From contig OZ218954.1 of assembly GCA_965112735.1 (NCBI GenBank), positions 3,782,001-3,846,000 on the forward strand: a stretch of 64,000 nt of DNA, written 5' to 3'. Below, piece after piece: positions 1 to 12,182 of the stretch (position 1 is the stretch's first letter; every line of letters starts with the position of its first letter). Below the pieces are notes generated by a model that made no database searches, had not been told where the DNA came from, and saw only the letters and a program-made list of their open reading frames with translations. The translations under genes were made by a program, and so were the position numbers. The DNA comes from Phaeosaccion multiseriatum (Eukaryota > Protista > Ochrophyta, other classes).

Positions 1-211
1 ACAGGGGCAGGGACAGGCTGGCGAGTGCTGGGGAGTAAGGCCGCGTGCGTGATTGAGGACGAATCCGCCCCACCCCACCCAACCCCACCCTGCTTGCTGC
101 CCGCTTGCTGTTGCTGGTCTATGCCCAAAACTCACTCCCTCCCTCCGTCCCTCCCTCCCTCCCTCCCTCCCTCCCTCCCTCCCTCCCTCCCTCCCTTCCT
201 CTCTCACTCAC

Positions 212-3200
212 CCTTGCGCCATGTGTGGAGGCAAAGTCTGAGGCAAGCACATCGTACTCGAGCCACTTGATGATGTCCGTCATCACATCAACATAGTCGA
301 AGCCCGCCAGCCTGGCCAGCAGCCCCCCTCCTCCTCCTACCCCCCCCCTCTCTCCGCTGCCCCTGCCTCGCTTCATGAGCCCTGCTCGCACCGCCGCACC
401 CCCCTGGACGGGCTTGAGCGCCATGGGGCGAGGCGGCACCATGTCCTTCTTTTTGGGCAACAAAGCACCCCACATGCTCGGCCTGCACGCACGCACGCAC
501 GCACGCACGCACACACACACATGGTCAGTGGTCAGTGGTCAGTGACAGGAGGAGTGGGGGGAGCGAGGGAAGCGAGGGAGGGTGCGCCACCATCACCAGT
601 ACCATCACCATCACCATCACCATCACCATCACCATCATCATCACCATCACCATTAAAAGCCATCACCATCACCATCACCATCACCATCACCATCACCATT
701 AAAAGCCATCACCATCACCATCACCATCACCATTAAAAGCCATCACCATTAAAAGCCATCACCATCACCTTCACCATCACCATCACCATCACCATTAAAA
801 GCCATCGCCATCGCCAGGCACAAGACACCCCCCCCCCCTGCGACTCACGCACGCACGCACCCACGCTCCTCTTTTCCCACAGGCCCACGACCGTGCCTTC
901 AACACCACACAGGCACCCACACACGCACCCACACACAGGCACCCACACACGCACCCACACATACACGCACATACTCACCTATACATCTTCCCGCGCTGCT
1001 TGCCGTTGCCAGCCGCCCCATCCACTACCATCCCGCCGGTCCTTGAGCTCATCTTGGCATTGGCCTTGATGAGTTGGTAGGGGATTTGGGCAAGCAGCAG
1101 AGCGGCGCCACTCGACGCGCCACCGCCCAGGCCCAAATTCTGACGGACGGGAGGGAGGGAGGGAGGGAGGGAGGAAGGAAGGAAGGAAGGAAGGAAGGAT
1201 AGAGCGGGTGAGGGAGGGAGGGGGGAGGGATGAGGCTCCCCTCGAGCAGCGGGACACACACGCTATATATTCCTGCCTTTCATTGTACCGATAGAAGCGG
1301 CCCACTTGGCCTTCAAGAAGCGGCTTTGGCTTTGCCCTCCCCATCCACTGCCATCTCTCCTTCACCCTCCATCCACTGCCATCCCCCACTCACCCCGAGC
1401 ACGGCCTCCGTCGCTGTCCACGCGTAAATAAAGTCCGCCCTCGCCACGGCCTCGCTGAACTGAGACTGCCCTCCACTGCCATCCCCGTCCGCTGCCATCC
1501 CCCCTTCACTGTCATTGCTATCCGCCATCCATGGCATGGTGAGGGCCATCCATCGCTTTGCCCCCTCGGGACTGTAGCGCTGCACGAGCGCTGGAGTCAC
1601 ACTGAAGAGGTATACCAGGGCTGAGCTGATGAGGCCTAGGGGATGGCAGTGGATGGAGGGTAGGGGGGGCAAAGGGGGTTAGAGGGACGGGACGCGAGTG
1701 GTGACGAGTGGTGAGGCATTCATGGGAAGGCCGGGTGGGAGGTGCCAGGACAAAGACGAGACAGAGTGTCAGGACAGGGAGGGAGGTGTCAGGACAAGAC
1801 CGTTTCGTGCCTCACGGGACATGCGAAGGACGCGAAAGGGAGGGAGGGGACATCAGGCAGACCCTCCCTCCCGAATGCTTTCTTCCTCCAGGGTGAGGGG
1901 ACAGGATGCACACACAGCCCAGCACAGCAGTTGGTGATACAGCACAGCCAGGCAGCACAACCCTCTGGCCAGCCGTCGGGTGCCTTCTGATGTATCATAC
2001 CTGCGAAGCTCTCCCCCACAGCGGCCGCAGCGTAGTCGGGCACGGTTTCCGGGATGGCGTAGGACAGCAACCCCTGCCCCATGTCCCGCAGGGAGGAGAA
2101 CTGCTCAGGGAGTAGGAGGAGAAGGAGGAGGAGGAGGAGGAGGAGGAGGAGGAGAGCAAGATAGAGGTGGGGGTGTTACAACCTAATTGATGCACGTGTT
2201 TCAACCTCATTGATACACGTCGACACTGATGGCCTGCTTGCCTCTGCATCTCCTTCGCTCTTCGAGAATGGCCGAGGCGGGGAGGCGGGTGAGTGAGAGA
2301 TGGCAGTAGATGTAGATAGCGTGGTCTATCGCGCGGATAGAAAGGAAGCTGCTCGGACGCCCCTCCAACACTCAGTACGACACCATCTGTCAGCACCATC
2401 TGTTCTTCACAAGGTTCACTCACTCTCGCACTCACCTCCCCTGCCGCGATCTTCCTTGCAATCTCTCCCAGCAGCAGCGGTACATTCCCCTGCTCCCCCT
2501 CCGCCACCATGCCCACGTCTGCCTCCAGGATCTTCTCGAGCTCTCCGGCATCGATGTTGACGTTGCCCAGTCCGGACATCTGCAGTCCGATCTGCTGCGT
2601 CACCTCCCCCACGTCGCGACCCAAGGCGGCCAGTGCATCTGCCATGACATTCGCTCCTCCTCCTGCGACTCCTCCTCCGGCGGCGGCTCCTCCAAGGCCC
2701 CCCTGGGGCATGGCGGGGGCCGTCATCATGAGTCCGAAGGCGATTCCTGTGAAGCCCAACAGCCCCACCAGCGTGAGCAGCGAGGGCGGCATTTGGTTCA
2801 TGGGCGGGATGGCACCCGGCGGCAGGCGGTAGGAGAGGAGTGAGGACAGCAGCGGAGGAGGCCCCACACCGGCGCCGGCTTCACTGACGGCGGAGTCCAA
2901 GTCACTCATGTTGGTAGTGATTGCGGAGACTCCTCCAGGAGGAGCGAAGGGCGCCATGAGCCCGCTGCTGCTGTGGCTGTGGCTGCCCCCCCCGAAGACG
3001 GACAGTGCCCCCCGCCTGCTGCTGCTGATGCCGCTACCGTCGTTGCCATGGCTGAGGTCCCCCAAGAGGGATAGGCTGGGCATTACAGGTGACGGGGCGG
3101 GGCGGTGTAGCGTCAAGTCCTCTTCCTCCTGACTGAGTAGCTCCTCGCGGATCCTCTGCCGGAGCCGCTCTTGGGAGGCAGTCAGCTGCAAGCCCCCCAA

Positions 3201-3596
3201 CAGCCCCGGAGGCTGCCTCCTGCTCCGCCTGATGGCGGCCCTTTGCTGCTGCTGCTGCTGCACTTGGCTACTGCTCATCTGCTCAACCTTTCCCTGCCCA
3301 CCCATCCGCCCCCCCCCTACCCGACTCCGTCCCTCCATCCCTCCCATTGCGGCGGCCCCTGCTGCCAGGGCCTTCCTTCTTCCATGCTGAGGCTGAGCAT
3401 GAAGAAAGGCCGCTACGGCTCCTCCTCCTCCGCGTAAAAGATCCCCAGCTCCTGCGCTACTAATGTTCTCCGCTGACACGGCAGTCAGTCCACTGTAGCA
3501 GGCGAGAAGGCCCACGACACTTGCTCGCGCACCGACGCCCCGTGTCTCCCGCCCTCTCTTTCTCCGCTGCAGCCTGAGGCTTCTATACTCCTCCAT
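212..3596 (-). CDS. Multi-exon hypothetical membrane protein (3' end probably continues toward or beyond the window start)
   Basis: Exons 3596-2436, 2100-2001, 1635-1394, 1139-979 and 482-212 are bounded by GT..AG and join in frame (..IAAGE|FSSLRDMGQG..GESFA|GLISSALVYLF..EAVLG|NLGLGG..KMYR|PSMWG..DFASTHGAR). Several hydrophobic segments. Family not recognised with confidence. Confidence 0.7.
591..812. repeat. (CACCAT)n hexamer array interrupted five times by TAAAAGC
   Basis: Directly visible; lies in intron 978-483. Confidence 0.9.
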
Positions 3597-3990
3597 TTTC
3601 TCTGGAGCTCTCCTCTAAGTCTTAAGATGGGACTCTGCTTGCTTGCTGCTTCCGAACAGAGAGAGCTGTGCTTAACTCTTATTATTTACCCGCTCCCCAC
3701 GTGACTCAGCAGAAGGCGGCGAGTGCGTTTTTCATCGCCAACCTGTGATCGGTGGAGAACCACTTTGAATATATGAGAAAGAAGGGGGGCACGAATGAAT
3801 TTCCCAAATTATCTTCTCCGCCCCAATCCTTCAATCTCGTCGCAACTTTGCCCTTCAAGTAAGGACACACACACCCGCACGCACACACTCACACACGCAC
3901 ACACACACATACACACACGCACGCAGGCACACACACATGCACACACACACACACACGCGCACACACAGACAGTCACACACACACAGACAG

Positions 3991-4059
<69 letters not shown>

Positions 4060-4445
4060 CACACACGCAAGCTCGCACGCACGCACACACACACGTACAC
4101 AATGGGGTCCGTGGCTTGACGCTTCTGGCCGGAGCAGCACGTCTTTTGCGTACTCTTATGGGACTGAACCGACGACGGGCAGTAGGGGCTATTTATGGAG
4201 GGGATGGAGAGAAGAAGCCGCTATTATGGTAGAAGAAGAAGAAGAAGAAGAAGAAGAAGAAGGGCCATGAAATTGCCCTCCAAACTGTGTAACTGTATTG
4301 TGTAACTGTATGAGGAGCTGGGTACTTTAGCGCCTCCTTCTTCTCTTCGATCCCTTCTGTTCGCCAACAGCCTCTTCTATTGCATTAACTGAGGTCTTGC
4401 ACTAACTAAGGTCTAAGGTCTGTTCAGCTTGTAGTACCCAGCGCC

Positions 4446-5234
4446 ATGATGGCGCCTTCGTTTGACACAGATGGGACACAGGGGCTTGTGCCTGGTGACG
4501 AGCCTCAGAATTTCAAGCCTTCGCAGCAACAGGAGCCCGAGCCTCGGGACCAGGACAGGCTACTACCCTCTCTGAAGCCGCCGCAGCAGCGTGTGGACCT
4601 GTCCTCCATGCGGGCGCTCCTCAACAAGGGCATCACCGCGTTGCTGGAAGAGGTCCAGCGACTGAAAGTGGCCAAGCCGCCGTACGGCAGGCCCCCAATG
4701 CACGATCCCGCCGTCATCCTGCAGGGGGACGACGAGGACGGTGGGGAGGGGGACTGCGAGGACGAAGAGGAGGGGGAGGGGGAGGAGGGCCTGAAGGAGG
4801 GCGAGGAGGAGGGGGACGACGTGCTGCTGCTCGGGGAGGCGGCGGCGGAGAGCTACAAGTACGACTACGGCTTCAACCCCCTCATATTCCTCGGCGAGTG
4901 GCTCAAGGCTCACAACACGGGCAGTGCAGCCACTGCGGTGGTAGGCTGCGACGGCGGCGGGGACGGTGGTGGGGAGAGGGCGCAAGGAGAGTGGACCAGT
5001 GCGGGAGGCGTGACCGTGACCAAGCTGGGCCGTAGTACTGGTGCCAGTGGGCCTGGCAGTGCTGGGCCTGGGGGTGAGGGTGACAAGCAGCGAGCGGCGG
5101 CCATAGCAGGACTCGCCAAGCACTCTCTGCACGCGTGCAAGAGAGACAACGTCTTCTCGGAGCTGAGTCAGATGGCCGCAGGACACACCCTCAACAGGAG
5201 AGATTCGGACGCTACCGATCGGATGAGCGACTAA
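4446..5234 (+). CDS. Single-exon hypothetical protein with Dpy-30/RIIa-like dimerisation-docking motif
   Basis: 262-aa ORF with coding-like codon usage. LLNKGITALLEEV...GFNPLIFLGEWLKAHN resembles the two helices of D/D domains. Confidence 0.55.
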   Translation: MMAPSFDTDGTQGLVPGDEPQNFKPSQQQEPEPRDQDRLLPSLKPPQQRVDLSSMRALLNKGITALLEEVQRLKVAKPPYGRPPMHDPAVILQGDDEDGGEGDCEDEEEGEGEEGLKEGEEEGDDVLLLGEAAAESYKYDYGFNPLIFLGEWLKAHNTGSAATAVVGCDGGGDGGGERAQGEWTSAGGVTVTKLGRSTGASGPGSAGPGGEGDKQRAAAIAGLAKHSLHACKRDNVFSELSQMAAGHTLNRRDSDATDRMSD

Positions 5235-5526
5235 GCCAGCGACTGAGTGAGGAGGAGGAGGAGGAGGAGGAGGAGGAGAGGGTGGACACCTGGTGGGTAT
5301 GGGGGGGGGGTGATAGAGATGCAAGTAGTCTCGTCGCGTTCCTCCCTCCCCCATTCTCATCATCCTCCTCGTCATGCATGTGAGGTGGAGACGGACGAAT
5401 GAGTGATGCGCCTGTCGTCCTGCCTTCGCGTGCCTGGGACGGATGGCACAGAAGGAGAGGGACCCACGAACAGGCGAACAGTCGACCACAAGCTGCCATC
5501 TGGGGGCTGTTGGTGGAGTCTCTCTC

Positions 5527-5584
<58 letters not shown>

Positions 5585-6088
5585 GTCTCTCTCTCTCTCT
5601 CTCTCCCTCTCTTTGTCTCTCTCTGCCTCTCTCTCTCTCGCCCATCCGCCAACTGCTCAGTCACCCTCACTCTCGCGGGATGGAGCCCAGGTCCGCCGAG
5701 CAGTCGGAAGGGGAGTCAGAGAGGGGGGCAGAGGCACGCTGAACGTCGAGTCATAGAGGGCCATCCTTATACATGTCGATGTCGATATTGCGATAAGGAT
5801 GGCACCGGATGGCCCGAGAGCCCAAGGGGGGCGGGGCCGCAGGGACGCAGACGGAAGGGATAACAAGTGTGCAGGCAAGGCAAGCACCAGGCACCGCACG
5901 CGCACATCGGCACGTTGGTGATTCACTCGCGCATGGAAGTATTTTGCTGTGCTGTGCTGTCCGAGCCAGGCCACTGTCGCTGTGTGGAAGAGGATAGGGG
6001 AATGCATGAAAGGAGCGTAGGACGAGGGTGGTAGCATCAGCAGCGCCTACACCACCACCACCACCACCACCACCACCACCACCACCAT

Positions 6089-6122
<34 letters not shown>

Positions 6123-6941
6123 GAGCAGGCTATTCCTGCGACTGTACAAATGTACCTGGGGGGCAAGGGAGCCAAGCAAGAGATTGCATGTGTTTCTCTC
6201 TCCTGGCTTCGAAGTGAGGAAGGTGGGGAGGCACCTGATTAATGATTAATTGCCTTGAATCAAAAACCGTGTCATCTTCTGTCCTTCATACTGACAGCCC
6301 CTCCGTTCACTTGTGGCGCCCCTTCCTCACGGGGCCCGCCTCACCGCTTCACCGGGTCGGAGCTGGTCTGGTGTACCATCTGCTGCCTTCCCTCTGGTCT
6401 GGTGTACCATCTGCTGCCTTCCCTCCGCGCTGCGACCCCCTTCCACAAGCCTGCTCTCCTCGCCGCAAGCAAAGCACACTGCACATCGCACACTTGTGCT
6501 TTCATTTCAGCATCTCCACGCCCCCCCACCCCCCCCCCCACTCTCCTACTTACCTTCAGTCTACCTCTCCTTCTAATACCAAGTCTTCAGCCACTGGGCG
6601 CTCTCGCCCATCCCATCTGCTGCCATCCCTTCCCATCTACTGCCATCCCTTCCCATCCCATCTGCTGACATCCCATCTCCTCCCCTCTGTGTGAAAGAAG
6701 TGGAAGTGACAGATAAGCAACCCACTCGTGTGAAAAGCAAAAGTCCAGTTCGGGTGAAAGAAAGGGAAGGGAAGCCAACTAACCACCCAAACAACCAACC
6801 AACCAACCCACCAACCAAGTACACTAAGCACTACAACCCCCAAACTAGCACTTTAACTCACTCGCAAACTAGCACTTCAACTCACTCTCAAACAAGCACT
6901 CCAACTCTCAAACTAGCACTCCAACTGCCCTAGGCCCTGTC

Positions 6942-9900
6942 CTAAGCAGAGTAGTCCTGAGCGAGGTACTTGTCCTCCGGGTAATACACCGCCGTGACAG
7001 GCTTTCCGTCAAAGGTGCGAGTCTCGAACGCCGCCTTGGCTCGACCTGCAAAGTCGAGGGCCTCGAATTGCACAAACACGAAGCCCACGCCCCCCTGGGA
7101 CGAGCCGGGCCGCGGAATGTGCAGAGAGGTGACGGCCCCGTGCTTGCCGCACTCCTCACGCATGTCCTGACGGGATGGAGGGATGGATGGATGGCAGTGG
7201 ATGGGGGGGGGAGGGGGACACAGTTAGGAGGGGAGGAAGGGCTTGTGTATGTGAGTGCCAGTGCGCTAGACACCCGTCACTGAATGTAATGTGAGTGTCA
7301 GTGTGCAGGACACTCACTCACCTCCATGACCTCGGTGAAGACTTGCGGGTCCGTCAGCTCCTCCTCCGTCACCACGTTGCCGATACGCACCACCTGATGA
7401 CGACCGTCGCCACAAAGTCAGAATAGAGCAATCAGTAAGTCAGTGGGATGCAAACAATAACAAAACAGCTCGAGGGACAGACGGATGACAAGACAGACAC
7501 AATCCCCCTCCTCCCGTCCCCTTCGGTGATTCCTGTAAGTCAATGACTGTACTCCCCTCCCCTCATCCCTCCAATGCTCCCGCTACACGCTTTGCCTTTC
7601 TTTCGAACGAACGTACCCAAAAAAATCCTTCATAAACACCCGCCCTCGCCCTCCCCCTCACACCCCCCCCCCCCCCCCCCCTCCCCCCCCACTTTTTCAT
7701 TGACATACCTTGGAGTTGGCTGGAGCGCCCCCCTCGGCCATGAAGTTCCCTTCGGCGAGTACGTCGAACCAAGTTTTGTGGGCCTTGTTGGGCCCCACGT
7801 ACTTGGACGGGCGCGCCAGGGACAGCGCTGAGCCAGAGAAGGGCAGCCCGTCCATGTTGAGCACGGCGGTGCAGGCCTCTTGCGTACGGAACTCGAGGAA
7901 GGCGAAGCGGGCGCCTGGGAGGGGGGGGGTGCGTGGGTTACGTGGGTGGGTGGGGGTCGAGCTTCAGAGATGTAAGGGAGGAAGGCAGAGGCATATACGG
8001 GAGGGTTGGAGGGCCTCGCGCCAACCCACACCCATCCATCCACACACCCACAGTCCTGACACCACCCACCCACCCCCTTTCCCGACACGCTCTGTCCTGA
8101 CACCTCTCAGCCACCCACCCACCTGGGTTCATTCGGATGGCGATGATGGGATTTTCGTCCCCCTTGACGAGCCCCACCTGGATGGCCGCCCCAGCGATGT
8201 ACTCCTTCAGCACCTGGACACGCACAAACGCGCGCACACACACACGTACGTACATGGATGGTCCCGCACACACATATACAGATCAGGACGGCACAATGAG
8301 TATGAAAGTGGTCACTAAGTCAGTGAGCACAAGAGCCATTATGTCGGCCAGTCAATGCCCTTATGTCGTACGTTAGTAACGCCCCTCCCTTCCTCCCCTC
8401 CGGCTCCTCTCTCTTACGTAACATGTCATAAGCTCACATACCTGCGGCTGCACGTCTGGGGGCAGGTTTCCGAGGAAGAGCTCTCTCTCCAGCTTGTCAG
8501 CGGGGTTCACGCCCCCCATACCGCCCCCTCCTCCCGTCCCCCCACCCCCTCCTCCTCCGAGGGCCAGGGCCACGGCAGGGGGTGCCTCCTGGCCTGTGAG
8601 CTGCTGCCATGTGCAGGGGGGGTCGGGCGGGCCGCTGGGGAGCAGGGAGGGGACAAAACAAGGCAGAGGGGGAAGGGGGGACGTGACGTCAGAGGAGGAG
8701 CCGTGCTCGCTTGGAAGGGAAGGGGGGCTTCATAGAACGGATGGCAGTCGGTAGGTGGGTAGGTAGATAGCGGGTAGGTAGGAGGTAATCTTCCTTCCTT
8801 CCTTCCTTCCTTCCTTAGTTCCACGTGGGGCTTAACCTTAGTCCTCCACATGCCCCTCCCTCCTCCCTGCCTGCTCCTCAGCAGCGATTCATTGAGACTA
8901 TCTTGGGCTAGTTCAGAGGGTAGGGAGGCAGGCAGGGAGGGAGGGAGGAAGGCAGGGAGGGGAGCGAGGGAGGACCGAGGGGGGGGGGGGGGGGGCACGA
9001 AGGAGAAGCGAATAGCACACTACTATTGCTGTTGGACTACTGCCCTCCCCTCCCCTCCCCGTGTCTCAGCGTCTAGCGATTACAGCGGTTACAGCGGTTA
9101 CAGCCTTCTGCTGCCTTCTGTGGTGGCTTGAGGGAAAGGAGCTTAGCGCAGAGGGAGGAGCGGTGGCACAGGCAGAGGGGAGGGAGAGGGCAAGAGGAGG
9201 GAGACATCTTGGTGGGGGCGGCGGCAAGGGGGGAGCCGGAGGGGGGGCGGGAGGCGGGCGGGGATGCAGGCATATGGGGGGAGGAATGGGGGAGTATGGG
9301 GGGACAAAGGGGGCGAAGGAGAAGGGCGCGGGGGAGGGCACGCAGCAGAGCCACAGGGGGGGAGGGGGGGAGGGAAGGAGGGGGGGAGGGAAGGAGGGAG
9401 GGAGGGGAGGGGGGAAGGGACGGAGAGAGGGACGGACGGAGGGAGGGAGGGAGGAAGGGAGGGAGGGAGGGAGGGAGGCTCGATGAAGTAAATCTGGAAG
9501 CGCACGACGCGTCAACATCTCTCTCTCTCTCTATCTATCTATCTCTCTCTCCTCTCTGCATCTATCTCTCTCTCTCTCCTCTCTACATCTCTCTATCTCT
9601 CTCTGGTACAAGCAAACGAGGGCCACACAGGCACGGGCGTCGCTCTTTGAACAGCAGGGGGGAGGGGAGGGGAGGGGAGTGGGGGATAATCCCGGAGGGG
9701 GGAGGGGAGGGGGGAGGGGAGGGGAGGGTAGGGAAGGGGTAGACGAAGGGTCTTTCCGGGGGGGGAACGTGGGCGGGACGGTATTGGCCTTTGTGGGGGT
9801 TGTACGTGTGAGCCACGCATCGGGACCGACCGCGCAGAGGGTCTCCACCTTGGGGTATCGGTCAATCTACATGGACCCAACTCACACGCACGCACACTCA

Positions 9901-11863
9901 CGCTCACACCCCTCTGTCCTGACACCAGTCACACGTCACACGCCCTCTCCTTGTCCTTGTCACTCACGTGTAGTTGGAGGGCCTTTGAAACTTGAGGAAG
10001 TTTCCGAGGTACGGGATGCCGCTCAACTTCACCGCCGCCGTCGCCTCCTGTGAGCACCAAGGATTACAACGCCGGTAGGTAGGTAGCAGGGAGCGTGAGC
10101 GCGAGAGCGTTAACGCCAAGACCGCCCCCCGTCACAGACAAAGCATGGGACAGACAGACAAAGGCGGAGGGCGAGAGTTCGGGGGCGATGCTCGGACACA
10201 GGGAAGGAGAAGGGGAAGGGGAAGGGAAGGGGAAGGGGAAGGGAAAGAGGAAGGGGAAGGGGAAAGGGAAGGGGAACAGGAAAGGGAAGGGATGACTGCA
10301 ACAGCACACGGATCAACAAACTAAACAGCAACTGGACACTGATCAACAAACTAAACTGCACCTGGACACTGATCAACAAAGTAAACTGCAACTGGACACT
10401 GACCTCTGGCGTGCGGAACACGGCAAAGGCGAACTTGGCGGAGAGGCGAATCGAAGTGCAAGGGTTTCCGGGTAGGGTGTTGAGCTTCATCTAAGGGGTG
10501 GAGGGGAGGAGGAGGGGGCGGAGGAGGTCAAGCAAGAGGAGAGTGGAGGGGTGGCGGGAGAAGCTGACAAGGAGGAAGGGGGGAGGCATGGCATGGCAAA
10601 ACAACTTTTGGTCTCTCCTCCCTGAGCTTGCCGGAGCTCTGAACCACCTTTCTCTCCCCTGATGTTGACCTGGATCCTACCCATACACCTCTGCTCTGCC
10701 CATGCGTCCTCCCCCCTTCGCTGCCACACTGACCCCCCCTCTCCCCTCCACTCACTGACATAGTCCGTACCTGCACCATGGCGGCGTTGATGAACTCGTG
10801 AATGCCCATCTGCGTGCAGCCGACGGGGATGTTGCCGACAAAGAGCTCGATGAGGGTCTTGAGCTGCGGGTTGGGCATGCCCCCCATGCCCCCAGCCCCT
10901 CCCATCCCCACACCCGGCAATGTCACGCCCGCCATGACGCCTGCCATCCCCGGCAATGTCACGCCCCCCCCGGCTGCTGCTCCTGCTGCTGCTCCTGCTG
11001 CTCCTGCTGCTCCTGGTAACGTCACGGCGCTGACTCCTGGCAGGCCCGCGGTGGCTGCTGCGGCGGCGGCTGCGGACAGGAGGCTGTCCGCGCCGACAGG
11101 GGGCGGGGCAAAGCGGCTCTTCTTCTTCTTGGGCGCCTCTGCGTGTTTGGGGTACGGAGGGGCTGTCAGCGGTGCCTTCGAGCAGAAAGGAGCCCAGGGA
11201 GCCCAGGTGCTACAAGAGGGGCGGCGTGTGTGTGTGTGGGGGGGGGGGGAGGGGGTTACGTGCGTGCGTTCTTCGCTCACCTGGTGCTGCTGCTGAGTCC
11301 ACTGTGGTAGGGGCAGGCCGGGTTTTGCTGCGCACGCAAGACCGCGCAGAGTGAAGGAGGGGAGGGGAGGGGGGCGTTAGGACGGCTGCTCGGGGGGAGA
11401 GCTTCACCAGCACCACTCTCATAATATATAATGATGTAGGACCTGGCTGAGTCCGGCCCCATGCAACGCTGGACACTCACCTGTCCTCTGCTGCCGTATC
11501 GTCCCCTCCGTCCTCCTTCTTGTCTGCCTCCTCCTCTGTGGCTGGGGTTGCTGGCACCGCGGCCTCTGGGGCACCAGCAGGTGCCGCATCTGTCTCTCCC
11601 TTCTCTCCCTCTGGCTTTTCGCCTTTCTGAGGGGCCAGAGTAGGGCGCAGAAGAGCGGGGGGAGGGGGGGGGTTAGGCGTTAATAGCGAAGCAGCGGCAT
11701 TGTCACTTGAAGACATCCACTGGCTCTTCCCCCCCCCCCCCCACCGAAGTTTTGCTTGAGGAATGAAAAACAAAGCACGCCGTGTCTTTGACGTAATACG
11801 AGGAGGCTTAGACTCTGGGAGAAGTACTCTGCCGCCCTTACTTACGTCTGCTGCATCAGGCAT
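6942..11863 (-). CDS. U2AF large-subunit (U2AF65)-like splicing factor: RRM1, RRM2 and C-terminal UHM
   Basis: About 11 exons. RRM1 ELFVGNIP..KFAFAVFRTPEEA..FQRPSNY; RRM2 ELFLGNLP..RFAFLEFRTQE..LARPSKY; UHM VVRIGNVV..DMREECGKHG..GVGFVFVQF..RTFDGKPV. First exon MPDAAD|gtaagt at 11863-11846. Stop TAG at 6942-6944. Confidence 0.88.
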
Positions 11864-12182
11864 GTCTTGGTTCTTTCCTTTTTTCTCCTCCCCCGTCTTC
11901 TCTCGTTTACCGCCCTTGTCACTCTCTATGGATCCTGCCCGCCAGTGTACACTGCAATCTCTGTACTCCTGTGTCTCTGTGCCCACAAGGGAGACGCTAT
12001 TACGGCCACAGGACCACGACGGCTAACGGGAGAGAGAAGAGTGAGCACTCAGCAGCTGAGAGAAAAATTAGCAAATTTTAGGCTCCGGATCGGGTAATCG
12101 GACGGGCCCTGCCCTATGCAAGGCATCTCTAATCCTCTCCCCTGCGATTCTCCCCTCTTGCAAATCTCTTTTTTTGGGGCTT
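11864..12182. promoter_or_regulatory. Putative bidirectional promoter region
   Basis: About 320 bp between the divergent start codons of the U2AF65-like and uS17 genes. Confidence 0.45.

Noticed and set aside
5240-6900. Possible gene between the D/D protein and U2AF65-like genes
   Set aside because: Only low-complexity or short ORFs, with no consistent exon chain.
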